From Alphaproteobacteria bacterium (GTDB taxonomy: Bacteria > Pseudomonadota > Alphaproteobacteria > Rhizobiales > Rhizobiaceae), in NCBI GenBank assembly GCA_018829385.1, contig JAHJUC010000361.1, forward strand, positions 1 through 62,109: DNA of 62,109 bases, in the 5' to 3' direction. The position numbers and the translations under genes are program-made. Below are positions 49,005 to 57,007 of this stretch, piece after piece. Each line of letters starts with the position of its first letter. Position 1 is the first letter of the stretch. The notes below the pieces were generated by a model, which saw nothing but the letters and a program-made list of their open reading frames with translations, was not told the origin of the DNA and did not search any database.

Positions 49005-50051
49005 TCAGAGATTTGTGTCGAAAGGCACACTCAATGAGCCATCAAGAATCTTGTTCCGTGCTTCGTCAACGAAGGGAAGCGCTGCTTCGGCCAGTTTGCG
49101 AAGGTCTTCAGGACCCTTTTCGGCGAACAGCGGCGATGGAATGAAATCGATGACCCCGGTTCCAAGCCCGGTTGACTGATGTCCGCCGCTCCAGCCGGAT
49201 TCCAGCGCCTTTGTCGCCTCGTTGTAGAGCGAGGTGCCGAAGTCGAGGCCGACAATCGAAATCACCGATTCCGGGTCGAGCGGAAACTGGGCCGGATCCA
49301 GTGTCGAGACCACCCGGCCGTCGTTTTCTCCGGCTGCGGCGATGATGCCGAAGTCGGTGGCCGCTGCATCGGTCTGGATGTAGTCGATCCCGTCGGAGAA
49401 CATCTGGCTGGCAATCTCCTGGCCCTTGGCCGGATCCTGGAAACTGCCGGCAAAGGCCACGGCGACCGTCAGGTCCGGATTGACCGAAAGCGCTCCTGCC
49501 TTGAACGCATTGTAGTCGGCATTGATGGGCGGGATGGAGATCCCTCCGATGAAGCCAAGCTTGCCCGATCGCGTGATCCTGGCAGCAAAGATTCCCGACA
49601 GGTAGCAGCCCAAGTAGTAGTCATAGGACACGGTGACGACATTCGGTATCACCGGTTCGAAGGGATCGGCAAACAGCTGGATGAACTTGGTGTCCGGAAA
49701 GTTCGGCGCCACTGCCTTGAATGGTTCCGCCACCTCATTGAAGGTTGAGACGACGATTGCAGCACCTGCTTCGCCGAGCGAAGTGAAGATCGTTTCGTAG
49801 GTCGAGGGATCTTCGGCGTAGATCGCCCGAGGGGTCATGTCGTGTTCCTTGGCGAATTCGTTGAGCTTCGCGATCATCGAATCCACGGGACCCGCGTCTC
49901 CCGCGGCCTGGGTGTGAACGAGGGCGATGAGCCCACCGGCCGCATTTGCCGGCAGGGCGGCGAGCAGTGTGCTTGCCATGACGGCCCCGGCAGCGCCGAG
50001 AAGCAGTTGGCGGCGGCCGATGCTGAGCCGCCCTTTCGTTGTATTTGTCAT
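49005..50051 (-). CDS. BMP/PnrA-family nucleoside-binding protein with a Tat-like signal
   Basis: GRRQLL signal; GFIGG..IP.I...F.AG...NP and GSF.DP.KG.E.A. Confidence 0.9.
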   Translation of the reverse strand: MTNTTKGRLSIGRRQLLLGAAGAVMASTLLAALPANAAGGLIALVHTQAAGDAGPVDSMIAKLNEFAKEHDMTPRAIYAEDPSTYETIFTSLGEAGAAIVVSTFNEVAEPFKAVAPNFPDTKFIQLFADPFEPVIPNVVTVSYDYYLGCYLSGIFAARITRSGKLGFIGGISIPPINADYNAFKAGALSVNPDLTVAVAFAGSFQDPAKGQEIASQMFSDGIDYIQTDAAATDFGIIAAAGENDGRVVSTLDPAQFPLDPESVISIVGLDFGTSLYNEATKALESGWSGGHQSTGLGTGVIDFIPSPLFAEKGPEDLRKLAEAALPFVDEARNKILDGSLSVPFDTNL

Positions 50052-50407
50052 TTGAGTTGTTCCTCTCTTGTGCTGGGCGGAATTATTGTTGGTGTCGGGG
50101 AGAAATCCGCAGGGGTCATGATCATGACGTCCTGCGAGGTAATCGCATCGAGTGCCCACACCGATGCGATGAAGTCTTGCCATTCCGGGTCGGCATACAT
50201 TGATTGCCGGCGTGCTTCCCGGTCCGCGAGGCTGTCATAGGCCCAGACCAGCACAGTGGTGTGCAGGCGGCCTATTTCGGACTGCCACAGGCCAACGAAG
50301 CGGTTCAGATGCCGCTTCTGCACCGGCAGGCCCTCGCTCCGGTATTTCTCCATCCAGCCGGTCACGGTTCCGGGCCGGAATGTGTAGGTACGGTGTTCGA
50401 TAATCAT
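50048..50407 (-). CDS. NIPSNAP family protein
   Basis: EHRTY..RPG, G.W.SEIG.L, WAYDSLADREARR..M..DPEW. Confidence 0.92.
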   Translation of the reverse strand: MIIEHRTYTFRPGTVTGWMEKYRSEGLPVQKRHLNRFVGLWQSEIGRLHTTVLVWAYDSLADREARRQSMYADPEWQDFIASVWALDAITSQDVMIMTPADFSPTPTIIPPSTREEQLK

Positions 50408-52038
50408 GCGCGTGCGTCCTCAAGGATGAAGTCGGAGGCTCGTTCGCCGATCATGATGGCGGGAGCGTTGGTGTTTCCGGAGGAAATGATCGGCATGATA
50501 GATGCGTCGGCGACCCGCAGGCCTTCGATGCCGTGAACCTTGAGCCGGCTGTCGACGACAGCCATCGGGTCGCCGTTCGGCCCCATCTTGCAGCTTCCAA
50601 CCGGATGGAACGTGGTCATGGCGGTCGCCTTGAGCCACGCGGTCAGTTCCGCATCGCTGTCCACGGCTTCCCCCGGGGCCAGCTCCGCTCCTTTGAACGG
50701 TCCGAACGCCGCCTGCGCCATGATAGTCCGGGTCTTGCGGATCGCATTGATCATGGTGCGGATATCGAATTCGTCCGACAGGTAGTTCGGGCGGATCTTC
50801 GGCGCGGCGAAAGGATCGCCCGACGCCAGTTGGATGGTGCCGCGGCTGGCCGGATTGACCGGGCCGACACGAATGGTAAGCCCGTGATTGGCCTCTACCC
50901 TCTGCTTGCGGAAGGGATTGGGAAAGTTGAGATTGGCGGTCTTCTCGAGTGCCGGCATGAAATGCAGCTGGACGTCTGGCGCCTCCAGGCCCTCTCGGGT
51001 GCGCAGGAATGCGCCGCCTTCATAGGGGAAGGTCGTGACCACCCCGGTTCCGAAGAGCATCGCTTGGATCATTGAGATCGTCAGACGGTCAATGCGTAGA
51101 TCGCTGTATAGCGTGACCGGCTGCCTGCACTCCCAGCTCATCACGCAATCGACGTGATCCTGGACGTTCTGCCCGACGCCCGGCAGATCCTTCCGGACCG
51201 TGATGCCGTGCTCAGCGAGGTGCGCGGCGGGGCCGATACCGGAAAGCATCAGCAGTTGCGGCGAGTTCACTGTACCGCCCGATACGATGACCTCGCGCGC
51301 TGCAGTCGCGCTTTCCGGGCGCCCGTTGCGGGACCAAGTGGCGCCCGTCACGCGGCTTCCCTCCCAGGTCAGGCCGGTCACGTGTGCGCCGGTAAGGATT
51401 GTCAGGTTCGGTCTTTTCCTGGCGGGCTTGAGAAAGGCTGATGATGTGGACCAGCGCCGGCCTTTGCGGATCGTGAAGTCGTAACGACCGACACCTTCCT
51501 GCGCTTCGCCATTGAAATCGTCGTTGAACGGAAGACCTGCCTGTTCGCCCGCTTCGATGAACGTGTCGAACAAGCCGTTCTTCGAGCGAGCCCTGCACAC
51601 AGTCAGTTCGCCCTTTGTGGAGTGATACTCGCCGTCACCGCGCTCCGGATTGGTTTCCGATCGCAGGAAGGCGGGCAGAACCTTCTCGTAACTCCACTCC
51701 GGCAGTCCCAGCTGGGCCCAGCGATCGTAGTCGTGCCGGTTGCCGCGCACGTAGATCATGCCGTTGATTGTCGAGGTGCCGCCGAGCACCTTTCCGCGCG
51801 GCCAGTAGAGCTTGCGCCCGTTCAGGTGCGGCTCGGCCTCGGTGTGATAGTGCCAGTTGTAGAGACCCGAATGAAACAGCTTGCCCATCAGCATCGGCAG
51901 CCGAACCAGCGGATTCCGGTCCTTTGCGCCGGCTTCCAGGAGCAGCACCTTGTGGCGGCCGTCGGCGCTCAGGCGGTTGGCGAGCACCGCGCCTGCGGAT
52001 CCCGCCCCAACCACTATGAAATCGTAGGTCTTTGTCAT
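50404..52038 (-). CDS. GMC-family FAD oxidoreductase (choline-dehydrogenase-like)
   Basis: GAGSAG, PRGKVLGG.S.INGM, SPQLLMLSGIG, FHPVG.CKM, SGNTNAP; real start MTKTYDF. Confidence 0.95.
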   Translation of the reverse strand: MTKTYDFIVVGAGSAGAVLANRLSADGRHKVLLLEAGAKDRNPLVRLPMLMGKLFHSGLYNWHYHTEAEPHLNGRKLYWPRGKVLGGTSTINGMIYVRGNRHDYDRWAQLGLPEWSYEKVLPAFLRSETNPERGDGEYHSTKGELTVCRARSKNGLFDTFIEAGEQAGLPFNDDFNGEAQEGVGRYDFTIRKGRRWSTSSAFLKPARKRPNLTILTGAHVTGLTWEGSRVTGATWSRNGRPESATAAREVIVSGGTVNSPQLLMLSGIGPAAHLAEHGITVRKDLPGVGQNVQDHVDCVMSWECRQPVTLYSDLRIDRLTISMIQAMLFGTGVVTTFPYEGGAFLRTREGLEAPDVQLHFMPALEKTANLNFPNPFRKQRVEANHGLTIRVGPVNPASRGTIQLASGDPFAAPKIRPNYLSDEFDIRTMINAIRKTRTIMAQAAFGPFKGAELAPGEAVDSDAELTAWLKATAMTTFHPVGSCKMGPNGDPMAVVDSRLKVHGIEGLRVADASIMPIISSGNTNAPAIMIGERASDFILEDARA

Positions 52039-52045
52039 GATGTAT

Positions 52046-52894
52046 CTACCAGTCGATCGGCTGTGCACCCATGCGCGCAAGGTGCGCATTGGCGGCAAGG
52101 AACGGATTGGGGCAGGCGAGAAATTCGTCTGCATAGGCCGGATGCGGCAGAACCAGCGACAGGTGCGGTTCTGGTGCTGGCAGCAACCCTGCCGCCGCGA
52201 GATTGTCGGCCGCGGCCTGCCCGAGCGCCACGAAGACGACCGGGCGTCCCTGGCTGGCGACATGCCGCAGCGCCGCCTGGATCACAGGTGCCCAGAATGG
52301 AACATGGCCGCGCGCCTGGTGCGGGTCGATGTCTCTTCGGAAGCGGCTAAGCGTAAGCGATGAATTCAGCAGCAGGACGCCTTCACGTTGCTGCCGGTCC
52401 GCCATCTCCGTCGGCGCCTCGATGTCCATGCTCCCAGCTTCTATCTCGTCGAGCATTTCCGACCAGGCCGCGAAATTCTTCGACAGTTCAGGACGCTTGT
52501 GACGGGCTGCCATCAGCATCTGGGTCCACGCCCGGATCGACTTCGAGAACATGCGGTCGAGGTCGCGCCAGACCACGGCGTTGCCGATCTCGAAGGCGCG
52601 CCCTGTCGCTGCGGCAGGTTCGGGGTAGGGATCCTGTCCGAGAAGCACCACCCGCACGCCGTCGGCGCGCACACCGTCGAAAGCTCGGAGCATGTGGGCG
52701 CCGTCGGGAGCTCCGGGGAATGTCCGGCCCTTGCGCGCGGGGAAGATTGGTTCCCAAACCTCCAGGTCCAGGCTTTCATCGACATCGTCGATCCCGGTCT
52801 GAACCTGGTCCATCACCGACTGCCAGTCTGGCGGAAGGTCGTCCTTCCAGCCAGCGGTCGTCTCGGACAATGCGTCGCGCAATGTCGTTGCCAT
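52046..52894 (-). CDS. Atypical uracil-DNA-glycosylase superfamily protein (family-1-like)
   Basis: VVLLGQDPYP, ATGRAF, GVLLLNSSLT, VFVALG, HPAY, NPF..AN..L....IDW. Confidence 0.88.
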   Translation of the reverse strand: MATTLRDALSETTAGWKDDLPPDWQSVMDQVQTGIDDVDESLDLEVWEPIFPARKGRTFPGAPDGAHMLRAFDGVRADGVRVVLLGQDPYPEPAAATGRAFEIGNAVVWRDLDRMFSKSIRAWTQMLMAARHKRPELSKNFAAWSEMLDEIEAGSMDIEAPTEMADRQQREGVLLLNSSLTLSRFRRDIDPHQARGHVPFWAPVIQAALRHVASQGRPVVFVALGQAAADNLAAAGLLPAPEPHLSLVLPHPAYADEFLACPNPFLAANAHLARMGAQPIDW

Positions 52895-52928
52895 GGTCGT
52901 CTCCCTGTTGCCTCAAGGGAAGACGATC

Positions 52929-52978
52929 CTGACGATTTCGTCAAGTTTTATTTTTGACAAACCTGACGCTAGCGTCAA
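52929..52978. promoter_or_regulatory. Two RutR-type operator palindromes flanking a TTGACA
   Basis: CTGACGATTTCGTCAA (52929-52944) and CTGACGCTAGCGTCAA (52963-52978); TTGACA at 52954-52959. Confidence 0.7.
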
Positions 52979-53059
52979 ATTATGCGGAGGACGTTCTTGC
53001 CCTGCGCAGCGAAGCTGCTAAGACAGTCCGAAACATGGCATCGAAAGCGGACAGGCAGC

Positions 53060-53698
53060 ATGGCACGTCAATCTGGTGGCGAACGGAAGAAGGCGGATGG
53101 AGACAATGAAGGGCGGATCCGCGCGCGCAACGAAGCGAAGATACTCGAGGTCTCCGTCCGGCTTTTTTCGGCCAAGGGCTTCGATGGGACGACGATTTCC
53201 GAGATAGCCGAGGAATCGGGTTTGCCCAAAGCGAACGTTTATTACTATTTCAAGACCAAGACGGCGATCTATGAGCGACTGATCGCGGAGGTCTTTCGCG
53301 ACTGGGATGCGGCCTTGCGCCATATCCGCCCCGAGCGCGACCCGCGAGAAGCGCTTGCGGATTACGTTCGCGAAAAGTTGGAGAGTTCGCGTCGGAACGC
53401 GGCGCAATCACGTTTCTTCGCGGGAGAACTCCTCCGCGGCGGCAAGTTCCTGTCGCGCCGGCAGCGCCAGCACATGCTGGAGGTGACCCGCGAAGCCTGT
53501 GAAGCTGTCGAGCACTGGATTTCCGAAGGCCGGTTTCCGGAGTTGGATCCGAGGCATTTCTTTATAATGATATGGGCCACGACCCAGTTCTATGCCGACT
53601 TTGCACCCGTGGTGGCTGCCACTCTGGAGGTTCCGCGGTTACGGAAATCGGACTTCGACGATGCAGCCGACCAGATCTTGAAAGCAATACGTCTTTAA
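53060..53698 (+). CDS. TetR-family regulator, RutR-like
   Basis: GLPKANVYYYF.TK, Y.R.KL..SR....SR.FA.E...G and IWATTQFYADF. Confidence 0.9.
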   Translation: MARQSGGERKKADGDNEGRIRARNEAKILEVSVRLFSAKGFDGTTISEIAEESGLPKANVYYYFKTKTAIYERLIAEVFRDWDAALRHIRPERDPREALADYVREKLESSRRNAAQSRFFAGELLRGGKFLSRRQRQHMLEVTREACEAVEHWISEGRFPELDPRHFFIMIWATTQFYADFAPVVAATLEVPRLRKSDFDDAADQILKAIRL

Positions 53699-53995
53699 GT
53701 AGGAATTGTAAACTATATGAACTACGACCTTGAATAAGGTGCAGGTCTTGTAAATTCATGTGCAAGGAAGGTGAATAGATGATACGTGTCATTTTCTTTC
53801 TTGGACACCTAATAACATTGAAATTGGCAATGCAATCGTAATTGTCAGTGCATAGCTCTCAGATTAACGACCAGAACGGAAGCGTTCTATCGCGACGTGA
53901 ACTTCGGATTGCGACAGAATAAAGCCGTCCCAGCGTTCGTGGCCCGACGATCCCATGATGGATTTGCGTCGCACCCGTCACCGCAAACGCCGGTC

Positions 53996-54622
53996 TCATT
54001 CGCGTTCCTTCGTTATTTTCCCATCCTGCAATAAACCAGCACGATAGATCGCGAACACCCGCGGTGCATTCTCCAGCATCTGCGCCTGGTCTCCGCTGAT
54101 TAGTGCCTGCACCACCAGACCCTGGATCATGCCGAGAAAAAGTGTCGCTGCGGCAGCCTCGTCAAGACTGGCAGGTAGGGCACCGCAACTTTTTCCTGCC
54201 GCCAGTATGCGGCGAAGCCGGGTTTCGTAGTTTTTAGTCAGAGACTGCGCGGCCTGTTTGGCCGGGGTTGCTCCAGTGCGTTGAAGCTGCCCCATCAGGA
54301 TTCGCGGCACGCCCGGGTATTCGGCCACAAAACCAACATGCGCCATGAACATGGCCTCCAGCGCTGCTACGGGATCAGACTCGGCGCCGGCAACTTTGTC
54401 GATGCGCTCAAACAGGCGATCGGAAACCCAGTTCATGACGTCGCGCCAGATTGCGTCCTTGCTCGGAAAATGTCGGAACAGCGCGCCCTGGCTGAATTTC
54501 ATTCTTCCGGCGATGGCCGTGGTTGTGATGTCTTCCGGGCTTTTCGCTGCGGCGAGGTCAATGACTGCCTCGACAGCCTCGTTACGACGGTCCTCGGTGG
54601 GCATGTATTTCGCGCGGCGCAT
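53996..54622 (-). CDS. TetR/AcrR-family regulator
   Basis: TT.AIA.....SQGALFRHFPSKD; divergent from the RND cluster. Confidence 0.92.
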   Translation of the reverse strand: MRRAKYMPTEDRRNEAVEAVIDLAAAKSPEDITTTAIAGRMKFSQGALFRHFPSKDAIWRDVMNWVSDRLFERIDKVAGAESDPVAALEAMFMAHVGFVAEYPGVPRILMGQLQRTGATPAKQAAQSLTKNYETRLRRILAAGKSCGALPASLDEAAAATLFLGMIQGLVVQALISGDQAQMLENAPRVFAIYRAGLLQDGKITKERE

Positions 54623-54806
54623 GGGAGCATCCTATCCAGTAAGTGGCTTATCGCGTTTTAGCTCATTCTTCTGACGAAGAAAACCATAGTTCCACTGATA
54701 ATGCCGGCTAACGGGGATTTACGTGGTGAATCTGGGACTTTACAAAGTGAGTGATCTATTACATATGTGGCGAAGTGAGCACGAAAATACAAATGGAATG
54801 CTACCC

Positions 54807-55166
54807 ATGATGAGCCACACCGCCCCCCTCCTTCGAGTTGTGCTGTTGACCGCAGCTACGCTTGCCGCCGCCCCGGCGCTTGCAGACACGCTGACCCAGG
54901 CGCAGATCGCCACTGAGATAATCGGAAAGGACCTGGTTGGGCTGCGCACCGGAATGACAGTGCGGCTGCGCTACGATCCCGGCGGCAAAGTCACAATGAA
55001 AGCGGCGTTCGTAACCGGCGCCGGTACCTGGAAATTTGCCGGCGACAGCCTCTGCATGACGATGACGAAAGGCCCCAAACGCGGCATGACCTGCCTTACC
55101 TTCGAAAAATTCGGTGACGGGTCGTTCCGCAATTCAGAGGGAATGATCTTGCGGGTCGGCAGATAA
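54807..55166 (+). CDS. Small secreted hypothetical protein
   Basis: Signal peptide ending ALA; GTW...GD.LC...C. Confidence 0.7.
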   Translation: MMSHTAPLLRVVLLTAATLAAAPALADTLTQAQIATEIIGKDLVGLRTGMTVRLRYDPGGKVTMKAAFVTGAGTWKFAGDSLCMTMTKGPKRGMTCLTFEKFGDGSFRNSEGMILRVGR

Positions 55167-55213
55167 ATCACGGAAGCAGCAAGCCGGATGGCGGCTGCGA
55201 TACCGAACAAGGA

Positions 55214-55624
55214 ATGCAGGAGACAACACTAATGCTGAGAAACAGGTTGATTGGCGCAGTTGCGATTGCTTTCGGCGTCCTGACACTCTGGTCAGGCGGA
55301 TTTGTGCTTTTTGGGCCCGACTCGGCACGAATCGCGGTTGGTCAGATCATACCCTTTGTGCTCTGGTTCAATTTCCTGTCAGGCGCGGTCTACATTGTCG
55401 CCGGATCTGGCATCTTTCAAGGGCAGCGTTACGGTAAAGTGTTGGCCAGAGCCATGGCCATGGCTCTGGTCGTTCTGTTCGCAGCTTTTCTGGCCATCAT
55501 CGCCGGGGGGCAGGAATGGGAAACGCGAACCCTGGGAGCGCTGATGCTTCGCCTCGGTTTCTGGTGCCTGGCAGCCTGGGCGAGTGTGACCACGGCCCAC
55601 CCCCGCCCGGCTCTCAATGGTTGA
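55214..55624 (+). CDS. Four-TM hypothetical membrane protein
   Basis: FG.LT..SGG, PFVLWFNF..G..Y, E.RT.GA..LR. Confidence 0.8.
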   Translation: MQETTLMLRNRLIGAVAIAFGVLTLWSGGFVLFGPDSARIAVGQIIPFVLWFNFLSGAVYIVAGSGIFQGQRYGKVLARAMAMALVVLFAAFLAIIAGGQEWETRTLGALMLRLGFWCLAAWASVTTAHPRPALNG

Positions 55625-55672
55625 GGCCTCGCCGCTTCAACTGCCGCATCCGCTGGTTAGGCGCGCCCTGAT

Positions 55673-57007
55673 GTGCGCATCCCACGATTGAGAAGGAGGT
55701 CGCTCTTGCGCCGCAGTTCCGCATTATGGTTTCTCCCACCGGTCGCGTTGGGAATTGCCATCGCCGCCATCTTTATCATCCAGGCCGAGGGGCCTGCGCG
55801 CGTAGAAGACGATGTTAAGGGCCGTGCAGTGCGCACGGTAACGCTTCAGCCGACCGGTATCGCCCCGGTGGCGATGGGTTGGGGCAATGTTCAGGCGGCG
55901 GAAACCTGGACTGCCGTATCGGAGGTCAAGGGGCAAGTCATCTGGCGTCATGCCGATCTCGACAGTGGCAAGCTGTTAGCCGGCGGCACCAAAGTGCTTG
56001 AGATTGATCCGACCGATTACCGGCTGGCCATTGTCCAGGCAGAAGCCGACTTGGCCGCTTATGCTGCCGAAGCGGCACAAATCGACGCCGAAGCGGAGAA
56101 TACAGGCCGCATCCTGGACCTGGAAGAAGCACGGCTGGCGCTGTCCGAGGCTGAACTTGTGCGAAACCGTGATCTGCTGAAACGGGGCGTGGCGGCGCAG
56201 ACCCGAGTCGATGAAGCAGAACGTGCCACGCTTCTGGCCCGGCGCAGCGTCGTCGAGTTGAAGAACACGCTCGCACTGATCGGGCCGCGACGCGATGCTC
56301 TGGCCGCCCAGACCGCCCGTACCAAAGCCGCTTTGGCCCGCAACCAGCGCGACCTCGATCACACCACGATCACCACTCCTTATGACGTCCGGGTTACCAA
56401 GGTATCCGTGGACCGGTTCGAATATGTCAATATTGGCCAAACGCTTGTGGCGACAGATGGTGTGGCGCAGGTCGAGGTGGTGGCGCAATTGCCGTTCGCT
56501 GCGTTTCGGCGCCTGCTCTATGGTACAATCCCGATCGAGGATACGCTTGCCGCGATCCGCACGGGTCCATCCAGCCGAATGACCGCTAGGGTGCGGCTGG
56601 TGTCCGATCCGACCCAGACTTGGCCGGCAATCGTAACCCGTGTCGAGGGTGCGCTTGATGCCCGGGCCCGAACGGTCCCGGTAATCGTCACGGTCGAAGA
56701 CCCCTATGGCAACTCTAATCCGCCGCTGCGGCCCCCATTGCTGCCCAACATGCAGGTCGAGCTTACGCTGACCGGCCATACGATCCCCGACTCGCTTGTC
56801 ATTCCCGAAACTGCGCTGCATGGTGATCAGGTCTATCTTGCGAATGATCAGGACCAACTCGAATTGCGTCCCGTAACCGTGGCCTTCAGGCAGGAAGGGG
56901 TTGCTGTGATCGCCGAGGGCCTCTCGATAGGTGACCGCCTGGTTCTCGATGACATTACCCCGGCCATTCCCGGCACCGAACTGCTGCCGATCGAGGAGCA
57001 GCCATGA
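55673..57007 (+). CDS. RND efflux periplasmic adaptor (MFP)
   Basis: N-terminal TM, EV.G, IDP.DY, long coiled coil, IPE.ALH. Confidence 0.9.
   Translation: MRIPRLRRRSLLRRSSALWFLPPVALGIAIAAIFIIQAEGPARVEDDVKGRAVRTVTLQPTGIAPVAMGWGNVQAAETWTAVSEVKGQVIWRHADLDSGKLLAGGTKVLEIDPTDYRLAIVQAEADLAAYAAEAAQIDAEAENTGRILDLEEARLALSEAELVRNRDLLKRGVAAQTRVDEAERATLLARRSVVELKNTLALIGPRRDALAAQTARTKAALARNQRDLDHTTITTPYDVRVTKVSVDRFEYVNIGQTLVATDGVAQVEVVAQLPFAAFRRLLYGTIPIEDTLAAIRTGPSSRMTARVRLVSDPTQTWPAIVTRVEGALDARARTVPVIVTVEDPYGNSNPPLRPPLLPNMQVELTLTGHTIPDSLVIPETALHGDQVYLANDQDQLELRPVTVAFRQEGVAVIAEGLSIGDRLVLDDITPAIPGTELLPIEEQP

Noticed and set aside
50404-52038. Calling the GMC enzyme betA
   Set aside because: There is no betB, betI or choline transporter context, so the substrate cannot be assigned.
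52046-52894. UDG-like gene as an anti-phage defence or housekeeping ung gene
   Set aside because: The context is purely transport and catabolism, and the DNA-binding loops are altered. It is not excluded, but nothing in the sequence supports it.
53700-53990. AT-rich gap containing a possible degenerate IS6 end (TTGCGACAGAA) or an sRNA
   Set aside because: The match is too short and there is no convincing structure.
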